Source: Lobosporangium transversale (Eukaryota). From it: DNA of 64,000 nt. Below the pieces are notes generated by a model that ran no database searches, was not told the origin of the DNA, and saw nothing but the letters and a program-made list of their open reading frames with translations. Shown here one piece after another: positions 16,584 through 30,013 of this stretch (its first letter is position 1; each line of letters starts with the position of its first letter). The stretch lies in contig NW_019028982.1 of the NCBI RefSeq assembly GCF_002105155.1, positions 434,001 to 498,000 of the forward strand. The letters run 5' to 3'. The position numbers and the translations under genes were made by a program.

Positions 16584-19396
16584 TTAACAATGTCCAGAAA
16601 TATCAAACGCATCATGTCCTCCCATCCGCTCCACCAGCTCATTCACTTTTCCAACCAAATCCCGCCTCCATCGCTTCATCTCTGCATTTCCTCCACAGAG
16701 TTTCGACCACCAAACTTGGATCTGCATCTTCAGATCGATCTGCCATTCCCAGATCCATACTGTACAGTATGCAATCGTAGGAAACAGCACAAACGTCGCC
16801 AGTATCCAAAAGACCATCAATCGACTCATGCTCCAATAATAATCATGAAGTGCCGCCCAATGACCCACCCAGATCGTCAACAATGTCGCATACAGAATGA
16901 AACAAATCGGCATCAACGCCAACGACGCCACAATCTTCCAAGTCGCAATTACATCTCGTCCTGGCCATCTTGAGACAGGCAAATAAGATTGAAACGCCAA
17001 CATGGCTTGCCGACCCTTGTAATTGGCTGCTGATGTTGCTATCAACCCAACAGGCTCGAAGAGAAGTGTTCCTGGCAATGATAAAAGAAACAATGCTGGA
17101 AGACAAAACAATGCTGGCAATGTACAGACCAAAGCGACTATCAAATTCGGATCAGCAGTCAATTGCCAATCTTGCACGCCTTTGTTCGTCAAATGTTTAT
17201 CATATGCATTAATGTCTCGTTTGATCTCTGCCACTTTTGGAGTCAAAACCAATTTGGAGTATCCTTTTGCAAATCGACGGGTCAATTCCAGCTTTTGAGG
17301 CATCGTCAGTGGTTTCTTTAGCGTACTACTATAAAGTCGCCTCGTGGCTTTGATCAGTCGCAGCTCATCATAGTTTGGTGCATTCAATGTCAGTCCTTCC
17401 ACGGCATCATGGATCATTTGTAGCAGCTCTGTACATGCTATAAATAATAATAACAATTATAACAATACGTTAATACACAAGTACCTCAGTTTTTTATTTT
17501 TCCTTCTTTTCATCCTCAATGTGCTTTTTCTAGCCCATACCTTTCTTCTTGGCTTCACCTCCTTCACGATACATTTCTATAAGGTGGTCTGGGACTGTTA
17601 TCGGATGACCATAATCAGCGTAGAAACGGGATCGAAATCGATGACGATTAAAGAAATTGAGGCCGCAGGGTATAATCCTCAAAGTCTTTGGTGTTGACGC
17701 TGCTGTTGAATGTTGTTCCTCCTGCCTCTGTTGCTGCCGTGCAAGGTAGCCCAAGACCATGATTGTACATCCGTATTTGAAATCCAACAGATGATAGTCA
17801 TCACTCGAGACTCCCTCTGGGAAAACAGCTACAGTCCTATTATCCTCAAAATTCTTCCAAACACTCTCGTAGATCATAGAATGATCAATTGGGCGAGCAT
17901 ATTGAAACATACAAGGAACAGTTGGGAAGCGCATACTAGTTGTTGGTGGAGTGAGCATTGCTGGTGAGGAAGCGACATCGTGTCTCGCCGATGTAGGCGG
18001 AGCAATGGTTGCAGAGTTCGAATCCTTGTTTCCGGTGATCATATATGCAAATGAAGTGTTTCCCTGATTCAATAAATCTTCTTCCTCCAATTGCACACCC
18101 ATACCCACCTGTTCATCCGCATCCATGTAGCCGCCATTCACATCACGAGTACTGTGGTTGGTTGAAAACGATGAGAGCCTTAAATTCGAGCTATTACGGC
18201 TTGCAGCCGTATACATAGCGCGTATAGGTGAGTTCAATGATCGCTTATTCCGAAGTAACGGCGTAGATTCAGTATTCTGGAAGATATTGGGCGGTGCTGT
18301 AACAGACCCTGGAATGTCCGCGCCTGAAGTGAAGGTCCCGTTCTCCATCGCATGGGCAGCCAAAATCGACTGTCGTTCTGCTGCACTTGCCTCTGCTTCT
18401 GGAGATTTCGAAAAGATCTTTTGAACAAATTTTCCAATCGTGCCTGTGGCACTGTTGGCCATAAACACTGCATTCTGCTGCTGCTCATGTGCTTTTAACG
18501 CATTGTTGATCCCTATCATGGTATTACCACACTCCACCCTGATCTTGAGAGAACCACTATCGACAATTTTGTGAGATTTGATATAGGTAATATCTCGTTC
18601 TGAAGTCAATGTCGCAGGGAGCCATTTCAGTCCTGGTTGCTTAAACGTCACCTGGCGCTCGTTTATAACATCTTCAACCACAGCATAGCATTGAGTTACA
18701 CGATCATCCTTGGTGGCATCCTGAAATGATCCACATTCGATATAGACTGTATCTCCTTGACTTAATTGAGTACCAATTCCATCGCCTGAAATACTGCACC
18801 CATCATGTGCTATTGTAACAAGACCCGCCCCATCGTACTTTGTTGCATCCTGCGGCCTAATGATTGTTACCACATCACCGTATTAGTTTACAGAGAAGAA
18901 GAATGGGGGAAAGGAGAAGGAGAGAGGGGAAGGAGATCCAGGGGTAATTCAAATTGTCACACCATACGCCATACTCATTAGATTCATCCGCACAGCTTTT
19001 ATTGACAAAGCAGGTCATTCATTTCAACTTCTCCAAGACACGAGGCACAATTGTCAGATGCCCTTGATCTCTTGACACGACAATAGTTTTATTATTAGAA
19101 AAATGATACCTTAGCACTGGAATGGCGCCTATCTTTCGCGCAATACCTCCGATAGCAGTCTTGAAATTAGGTTGGGCCATCAAGAAGGAAATCTGACCAG
19201 GATGTGTTGCCAGCAATGCTAATCCATCCAGTAAATAGTTGCCATGATTTGAAACCACGAGTAACGGCTCTTGTTGTGGGATAGATTCTGTATGGAACGC
19301 ACCATATTCTCGAAAGAAGATATGGAATAATGTTCGACATAGCAGCTTGACAAAGCTGTATAGGCCTGGGATTTTTCTGGGTCCTACACTATTCAT
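16584..19396 (-). CDS. SCT1: Glycerol-3-phosphate/DHAP acyltransferase (Sct1/Gpt2 family; exons 19396-19110, 18856-17541, 17437-16584)
   Basis: Acyltransferase motifs NHGNYLLD (HxxxxD), GAIPVLRPQD, VFPEGVS, IIPCGLNFFNRHRFRSR, GRDVIATWK, plus C-terminal TM helices. Confidence 0.9.
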
Positions 19397-20691
19397 TTGC
19401 TGTTGCTGCTTGGGTCGAAGTGATAAACGATATTTGTTTGCAACGTGTGTGAGTTAATGGATATAATAGAAGAGGATAATTATTTACAGCAACAAGGTAT
19501 TCAATAAGCCGAAGAAGGTGAATAACATAAAGAAATCAGAACAACTTTTTAAAAGAAATGGAGATGAGTTGTTGAATCAACCGTCAATTCAATGAGAAAG
19601 AGAGGAGCTACCACAGCCCGTTTTTTTTTTTTTTTTTTTTTTTTTTTGCACAAAATGCTCACATTTTTTTTTTTTTTACTCTCCACAGTCAGTCAGACGC
19701 AGACTCACATAATCACTCCAGGCACCGCCTCATCACTCGCTCACGCTTTTTGGTGTTTGCCCACTAAAAAGCAAAAAAAATAACACACACACGTGCACAT
19801 GCACACACAAAAAAAGCCTCGTAATGAACCTGACTGACCCTTCAGTTGGCACAACCCTGATGTCCGTTCATCTTTTTATGATTTTGGTTACACTAGGAAA
19901 CCTCAAAGTTCACTGGAAGGTCTAACTTTGCATTGTAAATACCATCATTAGCGTCACCAAAGGCAACTTTATGAGGAAATAGCGAATTTAAACGGCCAAA
20001 AAAAAAAAAAAAAAAAAAAAAGAGCCCTTCCAATTGTGTTGACTTAAAAGGCAGATGGGCAGATGGCAAACCAAAGAAAAAGGGGAGGATAAAAGAAAAA
20101 AAAAAAATTGGAGACTTTTGTCTGTGTCAAAATGCCTGTGCATTAATGCGCTTTGCGCGCTTTGCAAATGAGTGAAAATGTTTTGGGTGGGAGAGTGAAG
20201 TAAAAGGTGAGAGGTGAGAGGTGAGGTGAGAGGTGAATGAAAAACAGGGGGGGTAAGGAGGGAGATTGGACTGCATGCATTAACTGCATTACCTGCATGG
20301 ACACATTGATTTGCATTTGTTACCTTATCGCCGGTATCTTAGGCCTCGGGGTGAAGAAGAAAAAAAAAATGCAGCTCGTTCGTTTGCTTTTTTTTTTTTT
20401 TTTTTTTTTTTTTTTTCCCAATAAATGCTAATCTCCGCGATTGGTTTTGGAGGAAAGCATCATTGGGTAGAATAATAATAATAACAATATAACAATATTA
20501 AGCCATCGCTCTGCTCCACTGCAATAAGCAAGAGGTGACGATAGAGAGTAAAGGATTGAGCCAAAGAGAGAGAGAGACAGACAAATGATCAACAAACGAT
20601 GTGAGCTTGGAGCATACCATTGCTATTTATTATTTTTTAAGTTTTTTTTTTATTAGGACTATATTAAGAGCTAATGACTTGTTTCTACACA

Positions 20692-21459
20692 TTATTGGGC
20701 AGACAAATCCATGCTCACCCTAGGAGTAGGTAAGGAAACACCCAATCCCTTGCAACTATAATTAATGTCGCTAATGTGGGTATTATTGTTTACATATCCG
20801 GCATGTCCAGCATGTCCAGACACTTCAAATGTTGCTGAACAGCCTTCAGTCAACGATGGAGAGGATTGAGAAGATGATGGTGGGCTTGGTGAAGAAAAGG
20901 AAGGGCCAACGTTCTTGGAATAAGATCGTCGTCGTACTACACCATTGCTGGTAATTGTGCTGTTGAGGTTGAAATGATTGTTTCGGAGTGTTGGTACTTG
21001 GCTATTAGAAGGTTGAGGCCCAATATCTGACATGATGTATTGTCGAAGATCACTTGACCATTGATATGGGTTCGTAGTCGGGGAGATTGAAGTAGAACTA
21101 GAAGTAGTAGAGATAGACGCGAAAGGCGATGATGTCATGGCGGCGGTAGAAAGTGGTGGTGTTGATGGCAAGGCATATGTCATATTGATTGATAGCCTTG
21201 AAGTGCGTCGAGCCTTGAAAGATGACCGGTCACTCATGCTGTTACGGTTACTGCTAGAGACGCGTTCTTCATGGCTATATCCTTCTGCAAATGATCGTCT
21301 GTTTCGTCTATTCTCTTCTTCTTCATCCCCTTCGTCACCTGGCATTTCAGGGATCGTTGTAAGCGGCATCCCAGTACTTGAGTTTGATAACATTTGACTA
21401 ATATCCATGCCTGAGATATTTGACAATGGCGCCAATGTGGAGAGTTGGGCGTTAGACAT
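20692..21459 (-). CDS. Hypothetical Ser/Arg-rich disordered protein (about 255 aa, single exon)
   Basis: Uninterrupted ORF from ATG 21459 with coding-like composition in AT-rich surroundings; no recognisable domain. Confidence 0.55.
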   Translation of the reverse strand: MSNAQLSTLAPLSNISGMDISQMLSNSSTGMPLTTIPEMPGDEGDEEEENRRNRRSFAEGYSHEERVSSSNRNSMSDRSSFKARRTSRLSINMTYALPSTPPLSTAAMTSSPFASISTTSSSTSISPTTNPYQWSSDLRQYIMSDIGPQPSNSQVPTLRNNHFNLNSTITSNGVVRRRSYSKNVGPSFSSPSPPSSSQSSPSLTEGCSATFEVSGHAGHAGYVNNNTHISDINYSCKGLGVSLPTPRVSMDLSAQ

Positions 21460-21933
21460 GGCGGTATGTGGTATATAATGGATTACAAGTAAGAGGGAAT
21501 GATAATGAAACACGGAGAGAGGTATATAAAAAAAAAATCTGTACAATTAAAAAATGAGTTGAAGAATGATAGTGAAGAGTGATTGGGAATGAAAAAGCGA
21601 AGGTCAATAAACGTAAATGTAGAAAGAACTAAAGGGTCGTTATGCGATAATTAATGCTTAATGTGGAGTAAAAGAATGATGAACAGAAATTGAGGTTAAT
21701 GAAGGGAAAACAATGCGATCCTTTTATACCTTTTTTTCCTTTCTTTTACTCATCTATGAATCTTTATAACCCGATTGAATGGATTGGATATTTACTCTGA
21801 CCTTTATTCAATCACAAAGAATGAATGAAAGGATATGTGCGCGACTGCTCACATACAAAGATACAAAAGAGCATGGAATAGCATCGCAAAAGCATGGCAT
21901 TATTACATGATTAGTGTAAATCCAATTGTCTTT

Positions 21934-21964
<31 letters not shown>

Positions 21965-22024
21965 GACACGGGCTGGGCCAATGCCCAATGTCAATGCAAG
22001 GAAATATAGAGATTGAGAGAGAGC

Positions 22025-22056
<32 letters not shown>

Positions 22057-23929
22057 GCATCGCATTGTCGAATCACACTAGCCATCTCGTCCACCCTTGT
22101 TCAACACAGGGCGAAACTGAGCAACAAAATATCATACACAGATTGACACACATTTTTAGGCCATGTAACAGGGATAATGATGAATTAAGATATTGAGGAT
22201 TGATTACCTCTTACAATGTCTTTCTTTACACCCTTCGCCTCCCTTCCTTCGCTTTTGCCCATCTGTCTCTCTGCCTATTCGTTTGCCCGGGCCCTTGCAT
22301 TCTTTTACATGTACTTTGTGTTCAAAGATCCAGAACTAAAAGGCAGAGCAATGCAAGATCCATTTTAAAAAAGTAAAAGAAAATAAGAAATAAGCGCCAA
22401 CATAAAAACATAAAAACATAAAAAATAAAAAAAATAAACAAATACCTCCTGAATTATGTTTAAAACGTTTCTTCTCCTTCTCCGTCTCTTGAACTCTGTT
22501 TTCTGTCTGTTAAGTTCAGAATCGCAAGCACAAGGAAGGGGAGCGGGAGGGGGGGTATCGGTTACCCATCATCTGGGGGCCTTTGTTTTTCTTTTTCTTT
22601 TTCTTATTTTGCAATATAAAAGGAATTGTGAATACAAATATATCAACGTGTTTAGAAAAAATCTATAACTGGATATTGACTCGAGGGACAATGTGTATGA
22701 TCAAAGAGAGCATCTGCACATAACACACATTCATTCACAAAAAAAAAAAAAAAAAAAAGAACCTTTTTTTAACGTTCAGTTTTTCTGCATCCAGTCTATG
22801 GCACATGTACACATACACTGTGCTGGTATGTTTATTTTTTTTTTGTGGGTCACAGGGCCTTTATTTTTTATTTTTTATTTTTTATTTTTTTTTAATGTTG
22901 AGCTGGGTAAGTTTGGATGGAAGGAACGAGATCCAACCAGAAAGAGCTCTCGCATTGGGCACTCAACCTCACGAAAATAAACAGCAAGAGCAGCGAAAAA
23001 AAAAAATAAAAAATAATAAGGGCCATAAACGAATAAGAGACTCTAAAAAAGCAAAGCAATGAAGAGCAGGGGAAGAGCAAAACATAAGCAAATGCATAAG
23101 CATAGGATAAATAAAATAATATATAAAATATAGAATATAAAAGACTGCAAATATCAAAAAGGAATTGCGAATACAGATCTTGAAAGTAGAAAATATTGAG
23201 CACGATTCATGTTTTTTTCAGCTCATTTGTTAAAAAAAGCAAAAGGAATGTTGAGCAACTACGGTTCTAATTTGCTGCGTGGGGCCTAACTATAGACACT
23301 ATGAAAGAGCTACTGAAGAGCTACTGAAGAGCTAATACGCGCGATTTTTATTTATTTATTTATTTTTTGTTTGCTGTTCCTAAAATTATCTTGTAAATGT
23401 CAAGAGCAACAGAGCATAGTAATAAAGATCGGCTATAGACATTAGAAACACGATAGATCGAGATAGATCGAGATACATCCAGAAAGGTGCATAAAAAAGA
23501 ACTAAATAAAGGCAGAGAGGCAGAGGCAGAGAGAGGAGGAATTGAGAGAAGGGGAAAATGGGGGATAAATGAGACGAAAACATGGTTTAATACTTCATGA
23601 GCATTCTTTCTCTCTTTTTTTTTTCTTTTTTTTTTTTTTTACACTCTATTTGTTTCTTTCATTTCATCTTTCTTCTCATATTTATTATCATCGCTAATAT
23701 CTTAATGATCATACCAACTATCTATCAATACCAACCCAAATCTTCAAGGGATAGGAGCTTTTTACTAGTTAGTAAAATTATTTATCATTCCTATAAAAAA
23801 CGGTAATAAAAAAAGTTTTTATAAATCAGATATCCTTCTGAATCTAATCGGGAGGTGGAAGAGTGAACACTTATAGTCACTGAGCCATTACAGATTATGA
23901 GCGCATTCACTAAAAAAAGGTGCAGACTA

Positions 23930-25505
23930 AGGAAACCTGGCACCTATGCAGTCTCCAGTGCAACGGGGCGTAGAACAAGTGCACGTGGCATCTATTTACA
24001 TCACGAAATTCATGCCCTATCAGTTGTCCATGTGATCCATTTTAGACATGCTTCACCGCTCCCCTGTATACACGAAATTTTACCTTTGGCCTCGCCAGAT
24101 TTCCATTGCAACATTTTGAACAAATATGAAGTTAATATGTTCCTCTCTTGAATGAGTAGAAAAAAATAAAATAATGATAACAGAAAAGACTTTCAAAAGC
24201 TTGCCGAATTGACATCGTAGATGTATGTCATCAGATGAGTTTCAAAGATGTTCCTTGACTTAAAGAATAGTCTCAAGCTTTAGGGACAACGTCTCTAGCA
24301 ATTGTGTCTCTTCTTGCAATGACTGGAAAAATGAAGTATAACCAAGAACTCGGATGTACCGAATCAGAATTGCAATACGGAAATACGAAAAGTCCTTTCA
24401 TCACCATATGACTTAATTCATATTTTTCCTGCAACTGACTATAAAGGGGATGGCGGAGGAGTTTATAGCCATCTGGCATAGTGGCTGTTGTAACAAAATC
24501 ACCACTCCAAACAATATAACAGCCAAAGCCCCGGATATCAGATATTATGGCCAGAGAAGGTCTCCTACACGCTATACAAGATCATGTGACAACATGTCTG
24601 CAAAAAATAACCAAGGTTCATGTCGAAATGTTCCATCAATGTAGTCCTTCCCGAAGCTTTGGATCCAATCACCCAGAAGGATACAACATAATGGGTCATA
24701 AGCATACCGACAAATGTTGGGTTGGCATGTGAGAAGGGGTTTCCACAAAGTATTCTGCTGGCTCGAATGGACATGGCCTACAATGCAATTTCATTGTACT
24801 TTTCCTTGCCAGATGTGTGCTTGTATGCTCAGAGGCTGCAGTACAGTAGTAGGTGCCGGTCGCAGATCGTTCGTCATTCTTCACATGCATACTATTTTGC
24901 TTTAGATTGGCGAAGAATCGGTTTGAATGTCATTTCCCGATTCTCCGGCAAGCTGTTGAGCACGGGTAATGCTCAGCTTCCTAAATACCGCCCAGAACCA
25001 AGACTCTCCCTTCATTTGCTGCTCGAACATAGGCCTGATTGACATAGTAGGTAGCATCTCAACGAGCCCACGACGCTGCTTCAAGTAGCTCTTTGCTACG
25101 TTTGAACAGTGGATCATACTCGCTCTCACGGTTCGTTTTATATAGACAGCTAGCATTAGCATTCTATGAAAAATACGTATTTTTGCTTGGAATCGTTCTA
25201 TGCTTGCCCTGTCTACTTAAGGTTGAGGGCACATGTCGCTGCTTGTATTCTTTTTTATAATCGTAATTGGTTTTATTTGTTTTATTTGTTTGTATTCTTG
25301 AACTTTGTACTTGTGCACACACATTGAACGTTGTGTAGAATGTGCACACCGTCTCCCTTAACGTCAGTAATCCGTTTTTCTTCAGCCCAAGCACAGCAGT
25401 CGCATTTTGTGCCACCAAACTCAACTGCCAACCGCCTGTGTTTGAGCACATTGATACATTCACATTGTTCTATGAGAGACAAGCTTCATCCTCAGCGATC
25501 CTTTC
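23930..25505 (-). pseudogene. VWA8: Degraded VWA8 (MoxR/AAA+ ATPase) gene fragment
   Basis: Cross-frame translation gives collinear VWA8-like blocks: KDR*G*SLSLI, HRRLAVEF, RESEY, YLKQRR, YYVNQAYVRAANEGRVLVLGGI*EAE, LNSLPENREM, VIGSKASGRTTLMEHFDMNLGY, DMLSHDLV*R, MPDGYKLLRH, STMSIRQ. Many stops, frameshifts and deletions. Confidence 0.8.
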
Positions 25506-25588
25506 TTAATCCTGCCATATAAAGCAGCTCACTTTTCCTTTACTTGCCAATTCGCCTTCAAGCAATGCTAGGTAAAAAAGTTTTCAAC

Positions 25589-26022
25589 ATGAAGTTCATT
25601 TTTGCTATCTCGGCTCGGACACCTTCGCCTCCATTCAGCAGCTGCTCTATTCACCCCACTGACATGGCTGTCACCAACTTTGTCCTCAGCCCTTACCCTC
25701 TCTCTAATGGTACAGAGGTCTGCGCTACCGCGACTGGAACTCTCTCATCCCAATCACCGCTAGTGCCAGGCTTAATATCGTTGGCAAGTTCCTCAACCAC
25801 ATCATTTACACTGATGCCTTCGACTTTTGCACTGTCTTGGCCAAGTTTGGAACTTCTTGCCCTGTTTCCACGAGCGCCGCACAGATCAAGTTCTGTTTCC
25901 TGATCAAGAAGACTGCTCCCCCTTTGCCAATTTTATTTCAAATTCCCTCCATCAACGGCAACGGCCACATTACCTTCTGCCTGCAGGCCACGGTCACTGT
26001 CGTGGAAGCTCCACCATCTTAG
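25589..26022 (+). pseudogene. ML-domain (MD-2/NPC2-like lipid-recognition) gene with a 1-bp frameshift
   Basis: Frame 1 reads FSSC...FVLSPYPL...VCATATGTLS. A -1 shift at about 25750 continues PITASARLNIVGKFLNHIIYTDAFDFCTVL...CPV...NGNGHITFC. TATAAA at about 25518; the signal-peptide hydrophobic core looks shortened. Confidence 0.75.
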
Positions 26023-26468
26023 CTTTATTTTTCCACACTCTCACTCCCAGCCCCGTATATATATATATCATTCATACGTTGTACTAAACTCTGTTCTATG
26101 ACTTTAAGAACTTAATGTTTGGTTTGAGGAGAAAAAGCAAATGGAAATAAAAAAAAATTTAGCTATGACTTAGAAGCAGTTCTTGTCTGGATTAAAAATA
26201 GAAATGGAAAAAACTGTGTTGACGAAAAATACACAATCCTTCCTTTGTGGTATTGGTGTCGCCTTCATCGGGGTTGACTACTGTATATTTTACACGGTGA
26301 GAGTGTACAATGGTATAGGATGCATAATTAGTAAGGTACTAAAAAAAAAAAGGTATAACAACCCCCAACACAGCCAGTATTAGGAAAGAGAGGAGTGGAG
26401 TATCATGCCAAAGGCTCTCACTGGATATGTGGAGCAGTTAACCACCACGATGGAAAAATGGTTTTTTG

Positions 26469-26499
<31 letters not shown>

Positions 26500-26689
26500 G
26501 CATTCTTTGAGAAGTTACTGACCTGATATTCAGATACTTAATTATGACACTGTGGGCTGCTTTTTCTGGTCCCTTTCCACAGGATGCATGGACTACATTC
26601 TGAGCCTCCTACTAGTATTTCAACTTCAAAGTGTAGTTGGAAATAAGGGAAACAAAGGAAATAAAGGTAAAATAACCTGTCTTAACTTC

Positions 26690-27290
26690 GTCATTTTCAG
26701 GCTACAAGCACCCTCGAGTCACCTAGGCTAGCTTCTTTCGAATGATCCCTTTATATGTCTTTCGGCGGTATTTTTCTTACTCCTTGTTGATTTTGCTTAT
26801 GTAGATGCTACGAAATATCCTTGCCTCATTCAAATCTAATTCAGATGACGGTTTGCTATCCCTGGTCATTTGTGTAGATTGTATTTTCGGCTGCCTGGAG
26901 GGCTACTACAGCAAGTCTTTTGCTATTGCTACCGAAGACGCTTGGGATATGGACAAGAACCGCGGTATTAACGCCGTTCTGAACGACAACTTGCTCAGCA
27001 ATGCCTTGGACATAAACATGCTCTCGTTATTTTTTCTCAGCAGACTCTATGGTTATATCTTTACTAAGGTTATTCAGTCCTGGTTTTTATGACAAAGACA
27101 ATGAGACGCTTACCATTATTTTATTGAGATTGTTTCGGGAGCAGTGATAATGGATATCTCTCCTGATCAATGAACCTGGCATCACCACCATGTTTGTAGC
27201 CCTTGTAGAAGATGCATAGGCGTTGTACAGGACCAAACCCGACAAATGAACAACACTATGCTGAAGTTACCCATAGCGTCCGTGGTGATC
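26690..27290 (+). pseudogene. PNS1: Degraded PNS1 / choline-transporter-like (CTL/SLC44) gene, C-terminal part
   Basis: Collinear blocks LASFE*SLYMSFGG, CVDCIFGCLEG, YSKSFAIATEDAWDMDKNRGINAVLNDNLLSNAL and PGITTMFVALVEDA*ALYRTKP match PNS1 consensus motifs; internal stops, frameshifts and a deletion. Confidence 0.75.
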
Positions 27291-27694
27291 ATGTTATTCA
27301 TGGGTTAGCATTCAAGAATACGTTTGGTTCAGCGGTTTTTGTATTCTTTTCTTCTTTTTTTTCTTGTATACGTAGCTTGACCTCAAAGATACCAATAAAA
27401 AATGGCATCAACAATCTGTCCGCAACTGGCAATAGAATGATCAAAGCCCCTGCAAGTGTTGGTTGTAATTCATATGATCCAATGGACTACTTACAATTCA
27501 GCATTACAAACAACTTTAATTGAGGACCGCAAACATTTCCTTTGGCCCTTCTGTTCTCCACAACATACTTCACACCCCACACTCCTCTTTTTTTTTTTTT
27601 TTTTTTTTTTTTGCATTCTTCGCGGCGCTTGTTTGTTTGTCTGGGTTCCACTGTCGTTTCAGCCTCTTTCCCATTTCCCCATTCATTCATTGTC

Positions 27695-30013
27695 ATGAAA
27701 TCAGCAAGCATTCTATTGATACCAATCGTGTTTCTGTCAACAATAGTGTTGGCAGCAGGGGACAGTAATGAGACGCCGCACTCAAAAGCATTTGAAACAG
27801 TGCAGCCAGCGCAGAACCGCCGTTATGATTACAAGCAATCCATGAAGAAACCATTCATGTACAATGGAGCCATTCCATTCTGGGAACATCATGGCAGTAA
27901 GGTTTTTTTTATTTTTTTTATTTTTTTATTTAAGTATCCGTGAGAAACTTACTGACTTTTTATTGTTATCATTAACACTTTAACACTTGCACCTCTTAAA
28001 AAATAGATTCGTTTGTCGCTCTGGAGTTTGTTCGTTTGGCACCATCTGTGCCAGGATTACACGGTTCAGTGTGGAGATCTACGCCAAATGAACATAAGGA
28101 GTGGGAGGTTGAATTTTCGTTCAAAGCCCATGGACAGCATTCTCAAGGTGGTCGAGGATTAGCATTCTGGTACACACAGGACTATGCGACTGAAGGGTCC
28201 ATCTTTGGAAACAAGGACAAATGGAAGGGAATAGGCATTTTTTTGGATACGAACGATGTAGCCAATCAGGTACTTACGCAACATCAATTGAATTTACAAT
28301 GTTTTTTATAATCTCAATCCGTTATTCAAAAGTATTCAAGAGGAGGCAATAGGCATAAAAAGTCGGCTATAATGAAACTTTAAAGCCACTACCATTCATC
28401 AAAAGAGACAAACATCCAGGGATAGTTGTTAGGAAATCAGGATGCTTGGATGTCAAGGTATCAGGAGCAATCAATCACAAAAAGAGGGAGGCGGTGCGTT
28501 ATTATTTGGGCTTGTGCTCTGTGCTGTCAGCATTCGATTCGCTATTCAAGAATCCAAAACTTTAATTCTTGTGATGGATTGATGGATATGCCTTCTTAAT
28601 TCACTAGCCGATTTTGGGCACTCATTGAGCAAAAAAAAAAAATTACCAATTTATTATCATTTAGAGATTGACCCCAGTGGTCTATGGATTGTTGAACGAT
28701 GGTACTAAGGCTTTCCCAAGCAGACCCATTGCCAACAGTATCGGAGGATGTTTCCGTGATTACAAAAACTCACCGGGGCCAGTGGTCGTACGTGTCTCAT
28801 ACGTGGGCAAAAAACTTCGGGTAGCACTCGACTCATTTGGAAGAGGTACAAGGATGATTGATTGCTTTGAGGTGGAAGATGTCGACCTTCCAACCGGATA
28901 TCATTTCGGTTTCTCGGTAAAGAAGATACTTTATTTGAAGAAGTATTCTTTGAGCTTTGAGAGTATTTCCTATTTGTTGATTTTTATTTTTTATGTCATT
29001 TTAGGCCCAGTCATCAGAGTCTGGAGCATCGGATGATCACGATCTTTACTCATTTGAAGTATATGAAGTCAATCCTGCACCGAAGACCGAGGTAAAAAAA
29101 CAAAAGTCAAGAGCCAGTTTACATCTGAAGCTTATTTAGTTGATTAGTTCTTGACTGAAGATGCAAGACAAAAGGACTAAACATAATTGAAAATACGTTT
29201 CTTCGATAGAAATACTTGAGACCTCATGAAGCTGAGGTGATCAAGAAATCGGGTGAGATCAAGATTGACGAAGAGGATAAGAGAATTTTTGAAGATGTCC
29301 AAAAGATTGTTCAGAGCGAAGAACAGAAGATGAAGGAAGAACTCGGAACCATTCCGCTTTCAGCTGTAAGTTATCATCAAGTCAAAGGAAAACTTCAACT
29401 TCTTAATAATATGGGTTAACTTTTTTTTTTTTTTTTTTTTTTTTTGGGTAGGCTCAAGTTGCAGCAGCTGTGTCGGATACTCAATTCAGGATCATCGAAT
29501 CACTCAACAGTATCCACAACAAGCTCGAATCACTTGGCGCGCCAGTTCAGCCTCCTGAGTCGACGACCAAGAATCTAGCAGAAATCAATGCGAAGATTCA
29601 GGCCATGACCTCCTCTTTACATACGATGGAGGGTGTTGTTGAGGGCCTAGTCAAGCATGTCATGTCGCAAGGTGGAGTGTCAACTGTGCCTGATATTACG
29701 AAGGTTCTTAAAGATGAACTCAAAAACCTCAATGCTAAGATGGAGGACATTGACGTAAGTGTAGCTCTATCACTTATTCGCCCTTTTATATATATATATA
29801 AGACGGCACTCACATTGGCAATGCTTTGTATTCACGATGTGCATTTAATAGTATCGTCAATCATATAATCATCGCCTAACACAAAAGACGCTGGGCGAAT
29901 CCAACTCATGGGTATTTTATGTGGTTTTACTGATGGTGATGCAAGTTGCTGGCTTGTCTGTATACAACTGGTACAAGAAGCGTATTGAAAGAAATGAGAA
30001 AAAATTTGTTTGA
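27695..30013 (+). CDS. EMP47: L-type lectin cargo receptor, ERGIC-53/Emp47 family (multi-exon)
   Basis: Signal peptide; EWEVEFSFK...GGRGLAFWY...FGNKDKWKGIGIFLDT; CFRDYKN; LPTGYHFGFSA; coiled coil; TM helix; C-terminal KKFV dilysine motif. Confidence 0.9.
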
